Origin: an uncultured Dehalococcoidia bacterium
Lineage (GTDB): Bacteria > Chloroflexota > Dehalococcoidia > Lucifugimonadales > UBA3495
DNA length: 64,000 nucleotides
NCBI GenBank assembly: GCA_958296445.1
Contig: OY282565.1
Span: 2,589,570 to 2,653,569, forward strand
Reading direction: 5' to 3'
Under the pieces are notes generated by a model that was given only the letters and a program-made list of their open reading frames with translations, did no database searches and was not told the origin of the DNA. Position numbers and translations under genes: made by a program. Positions 54,189-63,690 of the stretch are shown piece by piece (within the stretch, counting starts at the first letter, position 1; every line of letters starts with the position of its first letter).

Positions 54189-56045
54189 ATGACCCTATAT
54201 CATCGGATTCTAGAAACCGCATCAGCCAACTGGCGCCCCATTTTGCTGGCAAGCGCCCTTGCGCTTATGGCCGCGGCCATCGCCGCCTGCGGCTCCGACC
54301 CCACCGCCACCCCGGCCCCGGCCCCTACCGCCGCCCCCACGGCCACCCCGGCCCCGGCGCCCACCGCCGCCCCGGCGGCGACAACCCCGGCCAGCCAGCC
54401 CCCCACCGCCGCGCCCACCGCGATGCCATCCCCGGGCGCCTTCCCCGCCCCCGGAACGGACGGCGTGCCGCAGTCCGTCGGCAAATTCACCATCGCCGTA
54501 GACGGCTGGGGCTGGGACGACCTGAACCCGGTTCAGATGCAAGGCGTCACCTTTCTACAGGACTACTTCAACGTCTTTCTCCTGATGCGCGATGAGCAGC
54601 ACAACATCGTGTCCGGCATAGCCACCGAATGGGAACTCAACGATGAAGGTTTCCGGTTCACCATTCACCCCAACGCCGCCTGGCAGGACGGCAGCCCCAT
54701 CACCGCCGCCGACGTCCAGTGGAACTACCAAGCGGCCCGAGGCGACTTCGCCCCCGACTTCACCGGCCACCTCTCCGCCAACCGTTTCAAGGAACAGGTG
54801 CAGGAAATCGAAATAATCAGCGACAAGGAAGTATTCATCAAAACCGTATCCCCCGTTCCCGACTTCGTGGCCTTCTACAGCGGCTCCGGCTACCATCAGG
54901 TTCACGTAGGCAACTCGGCCTACCTCCAAGAAGTCGGAGTCGCCGGCTTCGAGGAAAACCCCTCCGGCGGCGGCCCCTACACCGTCAGCCTGTGGCGCCC
55001 CAGCGAGCGCATCGTCCTAGAGCGTTGGGACGGATTCTGGGGCGACACCCCCTGGTATCACGCCCCCCAGCACGAAACCCTAGAGATTATCCAGTCCACC
55101 GACGCCGCCGCCCGCTTCGGCCTGCTCCGCAGCGGCCAAGTTGACGCCGTAGTCAACATCCCCTACGTAGTGGCGAAAGACATCACCCGCTCCGAGGATT
55201 CCGCCGGCCGCGGCATCAACCCGGACGAGGGCGACCTCTGGACTCAAACCATCGGCTCCACCGGCAACTACAACATCGATTTCGTCAACCTGATGTCCGA
55301 CTCCCTCAACCCGCCCACCCCCGAGGAAGTCAAACCCTTCGACGACATCCGCGTCCGCCAAGCCTTCGAGCTTGCCATAGACAAAAAGGCCATCAGCGAA
55401 AGCGCCCACTTCGGTTTCACCACCCCGATGGGCGGCCTATGGTTCAGCGGCTCCTTCGGCCACCAAGCCGACATACCCATATCCCCCTATGACCCGGAAC
55501 GGGCCAAACAATTGCTGGCCGAAGCGGGCTACGCCGACGGCTTCGAAACCGAAATCTACTACGGCCCCTTCGTCAACTCCCCCGGCCAGCGGGAATGGCT
55601 GGAAGCCGCCGCATCCTTCCTCAAGGAAGTCAACATTGACCTCAAGATATTCGAAGTCCCGACCTCCGAATTCTACAGCCGCTGCTGCTTCGGCGCCCCC
55701 GACGACCTAGAGCGCCCCTACCGCCCCCTCATTGTCCAAACCTGGGGACGCCAAGAACACGCCGGAGTAGTCGCAGGCTACGGCTACCACCGCACCGGCA
55801 GCTACATCTGCTGCTGGGACGACACCACCGAAGCCCTATGGCAGCAGGCCAACTCCACCACCGCCCCCGCCGTCCAACTCGAAGCCCTCAACGGCATCGA
55901 AAACCACGTCCTAGAAAACCGCTGGGTAATCCCAATGTCCGAAGTATCCGTAGTCCAGGGCTACACCGACCGCGTCCTAGCCCACCCCACAGCCCCCTTC
56001 GCCAGCTCCTTCGAGCAACTATGGCGAGTAGTGCTAAGGGACTAG
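54189..56045 (+). CDS. ABC transporter substrate-binding protein, family 5, lipoprotein
   Basis: Track ORF 54000..56045. ATG 54189 lies 7 nt after AGGAG. ...LLASALALMAAAIAACGS lipobox and A/P/T linker. ...YDPERAKQLLAEAGYADGFETEI... Confidence 0.9.
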   Translation: MTLYHRILETASANWRPILLASALALMAAAIAACGSDPTATPAPAPTAAPTATPAPAPTAAPAATTPASQPPTAAPTAMPSPGAFPAPGTDGVPQSVGKFTIAVDGWGWDDLNPVQMQGVTFLQDYFNVFLLMRDEQHNIVSGIATEWELNDEGFRFTIHPNAAWQDGSPITAADVQWNYQAARGDFAPDFTGHLSANRFKEQVQEIEIISDKEVFIKTVSPVPDFVAFYSGSGYHQVHVGNSAYLQEVGVAGFEENPSGGGPYTVSLWRPSERIVLERWDGFWGDTPWYHAPQHETLEIIQSTDAAARFGLLRSGQVDAVVNIPYVVAKDITRSEDSAGRGINPDEGDLWTQTIGSTGNYNIDFVNLMSDSLNPPTPEEVKPFDDIRVRQAFELAIDKKAISESAHFGFTTPMGGLWFSGSFGHQADIPISPYDPERAKQLLAEAGYADGFETEIYYGPFVNSPGQREWLEAAASFLKEVNIDLKIFEVPTSEFYSRCCFGAPDDLERPYRPLIVQTWGRQEHAGVVAGYGYHRTGSYICCWDDTTEALWQQANSTTAPAVQLEALNGIENHVLENRWVIPMSEVSVVQGYTDRVLAHPTAPFASSFEQLWRVVLRD

Positions 56046-56440
56046 CCCCTTTCCCAAACGTCTGTCATTCTGAGCAACGTCTGTCATTCTGAGCAACGTC
56101 TGTCATTCTGAGCAAAGTCTGTCACTCTGAGCGCAGTCTGTCATTCTGAGCAAAGCGAAGAATCCCACCTTGGGCGGTAACACCCTTCCCTTCGCCCAAG
56201 GTGGCGCAGTCTGTCATTCTGAGCGACGTCCGGCACTCTGAGCAAAGCGAAGAACCCCACCTAGTGCGGTGTCACCCTTCCCTTTGCTCAGGGTAACGCA
56301 GTCTGTCATCCTAGGCGCAGCCTGTCATCCTGAGCAAAGCCTGTCATCCTGAGCGCCCTCTGTCATTCTGAGCAAAGCGAAGAATCTCGCCTTGGGCACT
56401 GAGACCCTTCCCTAACCCAGAACGGCACGGGTTCCCCAAT
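56046..56440 (+). repeat. three consecutive family A elements with multiple heads
   Basis: CTGAGCAAAGCGAAGAA cores occur at about 56145, 56240 and 56370. Each is preceded by 2-5 copies of GTCTGTCATTCTGAGC-type heads. Confidence 0.8.
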
Positions 56441-56472
56441 GCCCCAACGACCCTGGAGCGCAACCCACGCTT

Positions 56473-57402
56473 ATGAAAGGCTACACAATCAGACGCCTAG
56501 GCCGCGGCCTGATAACCGTATGGCTGGTCACCCTGGCCGTCTTTTTCCTCTTGCGCTTCACCGGCAACCCCATTGACTACCTAGCCAACCCCAGCATAAC
56601 CGTAGACGACCGCGAGCGTATGAAACGCGAGTTCGGCCTAGACCAACCCTGGCACATCCAATATCTACTGTTCAACAAAGGCATATTCACCGGCAATTTC
56701 GGCGTCTCCGTCCGCTGGTCCGGCAACGAAGCCTTCGACGTTTTCAAGTCGCGCGTAATGGCGACCGTTCAGTTAGTCGGCGTCGCCCTAGCCTTCTCTA
56801 TGACCCTCGGCCTACTGCTCGGCGTAATATCCGCCGCCTACCCCGACTCCCCCTTAGACCGGATAGGCAAGCTGGTTGCCATCACCGGCCAGGCAATGCC
56901 CGCCTTCTGGCTTGGCCTGCTCTTCATACTCCTGTTCTCCATCTGGCTAGGCTGGCTGCCCAGCGCCGGCGGACTGGACCGCGTAGGCTGGAAGGGCATC
57001 ATAATGCCGTCGGTGTCCCTAGGCTGGTTCCTTGTCGCCGCCAATATGCGGCTGGCCCGCTCTTCTATGCTCGAAGTAATGGATTCCGAATACATCAAAA
57101 TGCTGCGGGCCAAAGGGCTGCCCCGGCGAATCATCATCTGGAAACACGCCCTAAGAAACGCCTCCCTGCCCGTGATAACCCTGTTCGGCGTAAATCTCGC
57201 CCTGCTGGTCGGCGGAGCCCTAGTCACCGAGCAGATTTTCGCTTGGCCGGGCATCGGCTTGCTACTGGTAGACGCCATCCTGGCCCGCGACTATGCCGTA
57301 GTGCAAACGGTGGTTTTCTTTTCCGCCATCGTAATCGTGCTAACCAACATAATCATTGACCTAGCCTGCGCCTGGCTCGACCCCAGAGTGCGGCTGGCCT
57401 AG
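56473..57402 (+). CDS. ABC transporter permease (DppB/OppB-like)
   Basis: 309 aa. MKGYTIRRLGRGLITVWLVTLAVFFLLRFTGNP..., ...MDSEYIKMLRAKGLPRRIIIWKHALRNAS... Confidence 0.9.
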   Translation: MKGYTIRRLGRGLITVWLVTLAVFFLLRFTGNPIDYLANPSITVDDRERMKREFGLDQPWHIQYLLFNKGIFTGNFGVSVRWSGNEAFDVFKSRVMATVQLVGVALAFSMTLGLLLGVISAAYPDSPLDRIGKLVAITGQAMPAFWLGLLFILLFSIWLGWLPSAGGLDRVGWKGIIMPSVSLGWFLVAANMRLARSSMLEVMDSEYIKMLRAKGLPRRIIIWKHALRNASLPVITLFGVNLALLVGGALVTEQIFAWPGIGLLLVDAILARDYAVVQTVVFFSAIVIVLTNIIIDLACAWLDPRVRLA

Positions 57403-57411
57403 AGGGGCGCA

Positions 57412-58311
57412 ATGGCAACCCGCGGCAAGGCCGACATCATCGAAAGGGGCAAGCCGGAGTTCCGGGCGCTGTGGCGGCGTCGGCTCTCCCACCTGGCCTA
57501 TACCTTCCGCGGCGCCCCCAAATTCTCCCTGTTTTTCTTGACCCTAACCATAATCTGCGCCATAACCGCCCCCCTCCTGCCCTTCGACCCGGTGCGGGGC
57601 GACTTGTCCAACCCGCTACAGCCCCCGGCCTGGGGGTCGCACCCCCTAGGCACTGACCACCAAGGCCGCGATATGGTGGTGCGCCTGATTCACGGCGCCA
57701 ACATATCCGTAACCGTCGGATTCCTAGCCGTATTCGTCTCCGGCGCCGCCGGAACCCTCATCGCCGTCCTGTCCGGCGTATTCAAGGGCTGGGTAGACGG
57801 CCTCCTGATGCAGCTTACCGACGCCTTTATGGCCCTCCCCTTCCTGATGGTGGCGGTAGCCGTAGTTTCCCTCCTAGGCCCCAGCAAAACCAACGTCATC
57901 CTAGTTCTGGGCCTCCTACGCTGGATGAGCTACGCCCGCATCCTCAGAAGCGAAGTGCTGTCCGTCACCGAAACCGACTACGTCCGCCTGGCCCGCGTGG
58001 CCGGCGCCAGCAACTGGCGCATCATCCTCCGCCACGTCCTGCCCAACCTATCCAACACCCTGCTCATCATAAGCACCCTCGAACTCGGCACCGTCATCAT
58101 CTTCGAGTCGGCCCTCAGCTTCCTCGGCCTCGGCGTCCCCCGCCCCCTACCGTCTTGGGGAACAATGCTTGCCGACTCCCAAAGCTATATCTACAATCAA
58201 TGGTGGCTCCCCGTACTCCCCGGAGTAGCGATTTCCCTCCTAGTAATGTCCACCAACCTAACCGGCGACTGGCTAAGAGAGCGCGTAGACCCCACCCGCC
58301 GCCAGCTCTAG
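57412..58311 (+). CDS. ABC transporter permease (DppC/OppC-like)
   Basis: 299 aa. ...HPLGTDHQGRDMVVRLIHGANIS..., ...TDYVRLARVAGASNWRIILRHVLPN... Confidence 0.9.
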   Translation: MATRGKADIIERGKPEFRALWRRRLSHLAYTFRGAPKFSLFFLTLTIICAITAPLLPFDPVRGDLSNPLQPPAWGSHPLGTDHQGRDMVVRLIHGANISVTVGFLAVFVSGAAGTLIAVLSGVFKGWVDGLLMQLTDAFMALPFLMVAVAVVSLLGPSKTNVILVLGLLRWMSYARILRSEVLSVTETDYVRLARVAGASNWRIILRHVLPNLSNTLLIISTLELGTVIIFESALSFLGLGVPRPLPSWGTMLADSQSYIYNQWWLPVLPGVAISLLVMSTNLTGDWLRERVDPTRRQL

Positions 58312-58399
58312 AGCGTTCCCCAACCAAAACCGAATCCCAACCCTTACGTCCTGCCCGCCGCCAAAAGCCAAAAAAATCCGCCCGCAAAAGGAGAAAACA

Positions 58400-59113
58400 A
58401 TGACCCAAGACGCCGAAACCGCCAACAAATTCAGCGGCGTAATGAAAAGCCTCCCCGAATTCGACCTCTCCCCCCAAGACACCGCCTTCATCATCGTAGA
58501 TATGCAATACCTCGACGCCCACCGCGATTACGGCATCGGAGCCGAAGCCAAAACCCTAGGAACCGCCGAGGACTTCGACTATTTCTTCAGCCGCATCGAA
58601 AACCTGCTGATTCCCCACATCCGGCAGATGCAGGCCGCCTGCCGTGAGAAAGGCGTCGAAGTAATCTTCCTCCGCATCGCCTCCCTAGTCAACGACTGCC
58701 GCGACGTAAGCCCGATTCACAAACGCCTAAAGCTCTTCGCCCCGGCCAACTCCAAAGAAGCCGAAATCCTAGAGGAAATCCGGCCCCTCGACAACGAAAT
58801 CGTCATCACCAAAGGCTGCTCCGGCGCTTTCAACGGCACCAACCTAGACCAGATCCTAGCCAATATGGGCCTCAAGAACCTCATATTCTGCGGCGTAGCC
58901 ACCAACTACTGCGTCGAAACCTCCGTAAGAGACGCCGGCGACCGCGACTACAACGTAATCCTGCTCCACGACGCCTCCGCCGGCTTCACCCAAGAACAAG
59001 ACGAAATGGCCTTCAAGGTTCTCAACGAAACCTACGCCAAAGTAAAGTCCACCAACGAAGTCCTAACCCAAATACGCAACCTAAACCCAACAAAAAACCC
59101 AGCCGCCGTCTAA
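58400..59113 (+). CDS. isochorismatase-family cysteine hydrolase
   Basis: 237 aa. ...DTAFIIVDMQYLD..., ...VITKGCSGAFNGTNLDQIL...LIFCGVATNYCVETSVRDA... AAGGAG RBS. Confidence 0.85.
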   Translation: MTQDAETANKFSGVMKSLPEFDLSPQDTAFIIVDMQYLDAHRDYGIGAEAKTLGTAEDFDYFFSRIENLLIPHIRQMQAACREKGVEVIFLRIASLVNDCRDVSPIHKRLKLFAPANSKEAEILEEIRPLDNEIVITKGCSGAFNGTNLDQILANMGLKNLIFCGVATNYCVETSVRDAGDRDYNVILLHDASAGFTQEQDEMAFKVLNETYAKVKSTNEVLTQIRNLNPTKNPAAV

Positions 59114-59149
59114 CCCCCGCCCGCCCCGCCCCCGCCGCATAGCGCCGGA

Positions 59150-59845
59150 CAAAAGGCAATGTCGCAATCCCCCCAGAACTCGCCGGATTAAAGGGGCCCG
59201 TCACTCTAAGCAAAAGTCTGTCATTCTGAGCAAAGCGAAGAATCTCACCTTGGGCAGTGAGACTCCCCCGCAACGCGCCAGGCAAATGTAGGGGCGCACA
59301 GCCGTGCGCCCTATCCCCGGCGATCCCCTCCGCAGAACTCGCTGGATTATCAAAATCCCCCCATCCTGAAAATCCTCTAATCCCGAAAATCCTGATTCAG
59401 ACAACCCCCCCAAAAACCAACCACCCATCCCCCCCTTCCCCAAGAACGACGAAACCGGCCGCCCCCCCCACCCGCCCGCACCGCGCCGGGCAAAAGGGAA
59501 TGTCGCAATTCCCTCAAAACTCGCTGGATTAAAGGGCTCTATCACTCTGAGCAAAGCTCTGCCACCCTGAGCAAAGCTCTGTCACTCTAACCAAAAGTCT
59601 GTCATTCTGAGCAAAGCGAAGAATCTCACCTTGGGCACTGAGACCCCCCGCATCGCGCAGGGCAACAGTAGGGGCGCACAGCCGTGCGCCCCGTCCCCGG
59701 CGATCCCCTCCGCAGAACTCGCTGGATTATCAAAATCCCCCCATCCTGAAAATCCTCTAATCCCGAAAATCCTGATTCAGACAACCCCCCCAAAAACCAA
59801 CCACCCATCCCCCCCTTCCCCAAGAACGACGAAACCAACCGCCCC
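59150..59845 (+). repeat. about 381-bp composite repeat block, two tandem copies (families A + B + C)
   Basis: CTGTCATTCTGAGCAAAGCGAAGAATCTCACC occurs at 59218 and 59599. Both copies continue through GTAGGGGCGCACAGCCGTGCGCCC and AATCCTCTAATCCCGAAAATCCTGATTCAGACAA with near identity. Confidence 0.85.
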
Positions 59846-59854
59846 ACCCGCCAC

Positions 59855-60268
59855 CTACCCCCGCCGCCCACAACCCCAAAGCCAAAGCCCCACCGACAGC
59901 GTCACCACCACAAACAAAGTATCCACCAACCCCCAATCCAGCGACGGCGGCGCATTACCCCGCAAGCCCACGAACCAGTTATTCAGATACGCCATACCCA
60001 GCCCCAAAGAACCGTAAAAGCGCATATTCACCGACAGCCAAGCCTGCCACCCCACGCTTTCCCGCCCCTCGCCCCGCTGCCGCCACCACCCCCACGCGCT
60101 CGCGCCCAAAGCGATGACCACCGACGCGCCCATCGGCCAGTTAAACACGCTCCAAATCGGAAACCCCGAACTCCCGTCGTGATACAGCGGCGTAATCACA
60201 TAATGAACCCACACCGCCAAAGCCATCACCACCAGATACCCCGAAAAAACCCGCAAAACCACGCCCAT
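59855..60268 (-). CDS. hypothetical membrane protein (4 TM), paralog 1
   Basis: Track ORF ends at 60295. ATG 60268 lies 8 nt after GGAGGG. MGVVLRVFSGYLVVMALAVWVHYVITPLYHDGSSGFPIW... Confidence 0.6.
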   Translation of the reverse strand: MGVVLRVFSGYLVVMALAVWVHYVITPLYHDGSSGFPIWSVFNWPMGASVVIALGASAWGWWRQRGEGRESVGWQAWLSVNMRFYGSLGLGMAYLNNWFVGLRGNAPPSLDWGLVDTLFVVVTLSVGLWLWGCGRRG

Positions 60269-60320
60269 AAAGCCAACCCTCCATCCAAAAATCATCCCAA
60301 AACTACCCGCGCCGCGCCCA

Positions 60321-60773
60321 TCACCCCAGCCCGCGCCGCCGCGAAATCCGCCACAAATCCGCCCCGCACGAAAGCATCACCCCCACAAACACGATATTCA
60401 CCAACCCCCACTCCAAAGCCGGCTCCGGCCCCATCAAATCCGCAAACCAGTTATTAAAAAACCCCAGCGCCAACGCCACCGACGCATAAAAACGCACATT
60501 CACCCACCCCCGCCAACCCACCCCCGCGCCTTCCGCCCCGCCGCCACGACTACCGCCGCCACTGCCACCGTCACCGCCCCCCTGCCGCGCCCACCCCCAC
60601 CCGCTCGCCGCCAGCGCAACAACAACCGCAACCGCCATCGGCCAATTCAACGCCGTCCAAACCGGAAACCCCGTGCTGCCATCGTCATACAGCGGCGTAA
60701 TCGCATAATGAACCCCCACCGCCAAACCCATCACCACTAGATACGCCGAAAAAACCCGCAACCCCGCCCCCAT
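60321..60773 (-). CDS. hypothetical membrane protein (4 TM), paralog 2
   Basis: Track ORF ends at 60896. ATG 60773 was chosen by alignment with paralog 1 (MGAGLRVFSAYLVVMGLAVGVHYAITPLYDDGSTGFPVW...). It carries a G-rich insert GGGDGGSGGGSRGGGAEGAG that paralog 1 lacks. Confidence 0.55.
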   Translation of the reverse strand: MGAGLRVFSAYLVVMGLAVGVHYAITPLYDDGSTGFPVWTALNWPMAVAVVVALAASGWGWARQGGGDGGSGGGSRGGGAEGAGVGWRGWVNVRFYASVALALGFFNNWFADLMGPEPALEWGLVNIVFVGVMLSCGADLWRISRRRGLG

Positions 60774-60875
60774 AAAATCACCCCCCATCCAATTGCGCGA
60801 TCCCCAGTCTACCAATACACTCCCCCAAAATCCCACAACCCCCGCAACCATCCCAACCCAAAACCGGAGCAAACT

Positions 60876-63402
60876 ATGACCGGCGAAAACCCCCAACCCC
60901 CCGCCCCCTTCCGGCTAGTCGAAGCCACCATCGCCCAGCTCCACGCCGCCATCCAATCCGGCCAAACCACCTGCGCCGCCGTAGTCCAGGAATACCTAAC
61001 CCGCGCCCGCGCCTACAACGGCGTAGCCAGCATCCTAGTCACCCAAGACGGCCGCCCCGTCCCCCCCGCCCCCGGCGCCATCCGCGCCCAGGCCCCCATC
61101 CAATTCCCCACAGAAACCGTCAAAGCCTCCGAAATCCTCCCCGACCTCGACCAATACCAAGGCCCGCCCCTAGAATTCGGACGAATGGAACCCACCGCCT
61201 CCGACCCCCAAGTCCACCAACAGTTCGGAATGATAACCGGCATCCCCCCCGGCCGCCTCCCCGGCCCGCCCCAGCTAAACGCCCTAGCCACCTTCAACAT
61301 CCGCGGCGAGCGTTCCGTAACCTGCCGCGGCGACTTCGACCGCCACCCCGCCCTAGGCCCCCTGCCCCCCGCCGCCCCGCCCGTCTGCGAGCACTTCCGC
61401 CACTACCCCGACGCCCTAGAACGCGCCGCCCAACTAGACGCCGCCTACGGCCCCAACCCCGACCTCCAAACAATGCCAATGTACGGCGTAGTCTTCAGCT
61501 TCAAAGACCCCTTCGACACCAAAGATATGCGCTCCACCGGCGGAGCCGACGCCGCCTACGACATCGACTTCCCCGCCCGCGACCACATCCTAGTCCAACA
61601 TTTGCGCGACAAAGGCGCCATCATATTCGCCAAAGCCGTCAACACCGAATACAACGGACGCGCCGGCGACCCCGGCGGCCGCCACGCCCCCGGCAAAATC
61701 CTCCCCTCAGTCCTCGGCTACCAGCGCAGTACCTGGAGCGGCAACCCCGCCAACGTATACGACCCCACCCGCGCCGCCTCCCTAGGCTCCAGCTCCGGCT
61801 CCGCCGTATCCGTAAGCGCCAACCTAGTAATGGCAAGCCTAGGCGAGGAAACCCGCGCCTCCACCCGCGGCCCCTCCAACCACAACGCCATAGCCCTCAT
61901 CCTCCCCCACAAAGCAATGATTCCCTTCAGCGGCGGCGCCATCGGAGCCGACATCTACTGCGACCGAACCGGCATCCTCGCCCGCCGCCTAACCGACTGC
62001 GCCCAAATCCTAGACGCCCTCAAAGACCCCGAAACCGGCTACTACGACCCCCGCGACCCCTTCACCACCGTACCCCGCGCCTCCATCCACGCCGCCCCCT
62101 ACGCCCCCCACGCCCAAGCGTCCGGCCAGCCCAACTCCCTGCGCGGCGTCCGCATCGGCGTAATCCGCGAATCAATGGCCTACCACCCCAACTCCAAAGC
62201 CGAGGAACCCATAGTAACCGCCGCCGCCCGCGAAATAAACCAAATCCTAGCCGGAAAACTAGGCGCAACCCTAGTCGAATCCTCCGACCCCCTATGGCCC
62301 CCCGACCCCAACGCCGAACCCATGCAAACCGACTTCCGCCGCGCCCTAGCCATCCTAACCCCGGTCTTTATGCCCGACCTCCTCTTCCGCCTAGACGACC
62401 ACGGCCAACCCCTGTTCCCCGAATTTGCCGACGCCATAACCCCCACCGAATTTGCCCCCGGCAAAACCTTCGGCTCCGGCAAAATCGCCCCCATTGACTA
62501 TATGGTAGAACTGGCCGAAGGGCGCATCCAACCCGCCGCCAACCTAGACCTGCCCACCGTCCAGCAACAGGAACTCGCAATGTCCTTCCGCTACCACATC
62601 CGCCAGTACCTGACCCGCCGCGCCGCCGACTGGCAAAACCTAGGCTTCACCGAATCCCTAACCGACTGGCCCGCCCTCAACGCCCGCTCCAAATTCTGGG
62701 GCGACGACCAACGCGCCGCCTTCCGCAACTGGCAGGAAATAACCGACCCCCGCAACCCCCTAACCGGACGCCAAGGCGTCCCGGAACGCATAATGCTACG
62801 CGAACTCCTCCGCCGCGTAGAAACGCATAATGCTCCGCGAACTCCGCCGCCGCGTAGATATGATGGTACTCTACGAAAACCGCCTAGACGCCCTAGTCCG
62901 CCTCCACACCCCCTACCCCCCCGCCAAAATCGGCCACGCCCACCACCCCGGCACATCCCAAAACATCCGCCTAGAATCCTTCAACGGCCCCAACGCCGGC
63001 CTAACCGAAATCCTAATCCCCGCCGGCTACATCCAAACCGCCTACGACCCCACCTTCCGCCTCCCCCCACCGCCCCCCACACCCCACCCCAACCCAACAC
63101 CCCCCGCCACCTCCCAACCCCATCCGACACCGCCCGCTACATCCCAACCCCATCCGACACCCCCACCCCCCTGCCCCAACCCGGTGCCGCCCACTACATC
63201 ACCCCATCCCACGCCACCCCCCACACCCCCGCCCCATCCCAACTCCATCCGACACCCCCACCCCTCTGCCCCAACCCGGCCTGCCCTTCTCCCTAGTCTT
63301 CCGCGCCGACCCCGGCCGCGAACCCGCCCTCCTCCAAATAGCTGCCGCCTACGAAGCCGCCACCCACCGCCGCATCCCCCCACCAAACTACACCCCCCTC
63401 TA
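60876..63402 (+). pseudogene. amidase-signature family amidase, frame disrupted by short tandem duplications
   Basis: The N-terminal 640 codons are a good amidase (...FSFKDPFDTKDM..., ...ASLGSSSGSAVSVSANL...). A 37-bp tandem duplication (62785-62821 / 62822-62858) shifts the frame. The sequence continues in frame +1 (MLRELRRRVDMMVLYENRLDALVRLHTPYPPAKIG...AYDPTFRL). The conserved C-terminus ...GLPFSLVFRADPGREPALLQIAAAYEAATHRRIPPPNYTPL-stop (ending at 63402) is in the third frame, after a 95-bp duplication. Confidence 0.6.
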
Positions 63403-63412
63403 ACCCACCCCC

Positions 63413-63690
63413 CGTCCCCCGTAGGGGCGCACAGCCGTGCGCCCCCACCCCCGCAAACACGTCCGAACACCAACAAAAAACCACAAACCACCCCCGCCGC
63501 CCCCCGTACCGTAGGGGCGCACAGCCGTGCGCCCCCACCCCCGCAAACACATCCGACCACCAACAAAAAACCACAAAACCACCCCCGCCGCACCCCGTAC
63601 CGTAGGGGCGCACAGCCGTGCGCCCTCACCCCCGCAAACACGTCCGACCACCAACAAAAAACCACAACCCCACCCCCACCGCCCATCACC
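63413..63690 (+). repeat. 90/91-bp tandem repeat, 3 copies, built on the family B hairpin with a second type of flank
   Basis: GTAGGGGCGCACAGCCGTGCGCCC occurs at 63421, 63511 and 63602, each followed by ACCCCCGCAAACACGTCCGACCACCAACAAAAAACCACAA... A further dispersed copy is at 63889. Confidence 0.85.

Noticed and set aside
62785-62858. Programmed ribosomal frameshift in the amidase
   Set aside because: The frame change coincides exactly with a 37-bp tandem duplication. No slippery heptamer or stimulatory structure is evident, and further frame breaks occur downstream.
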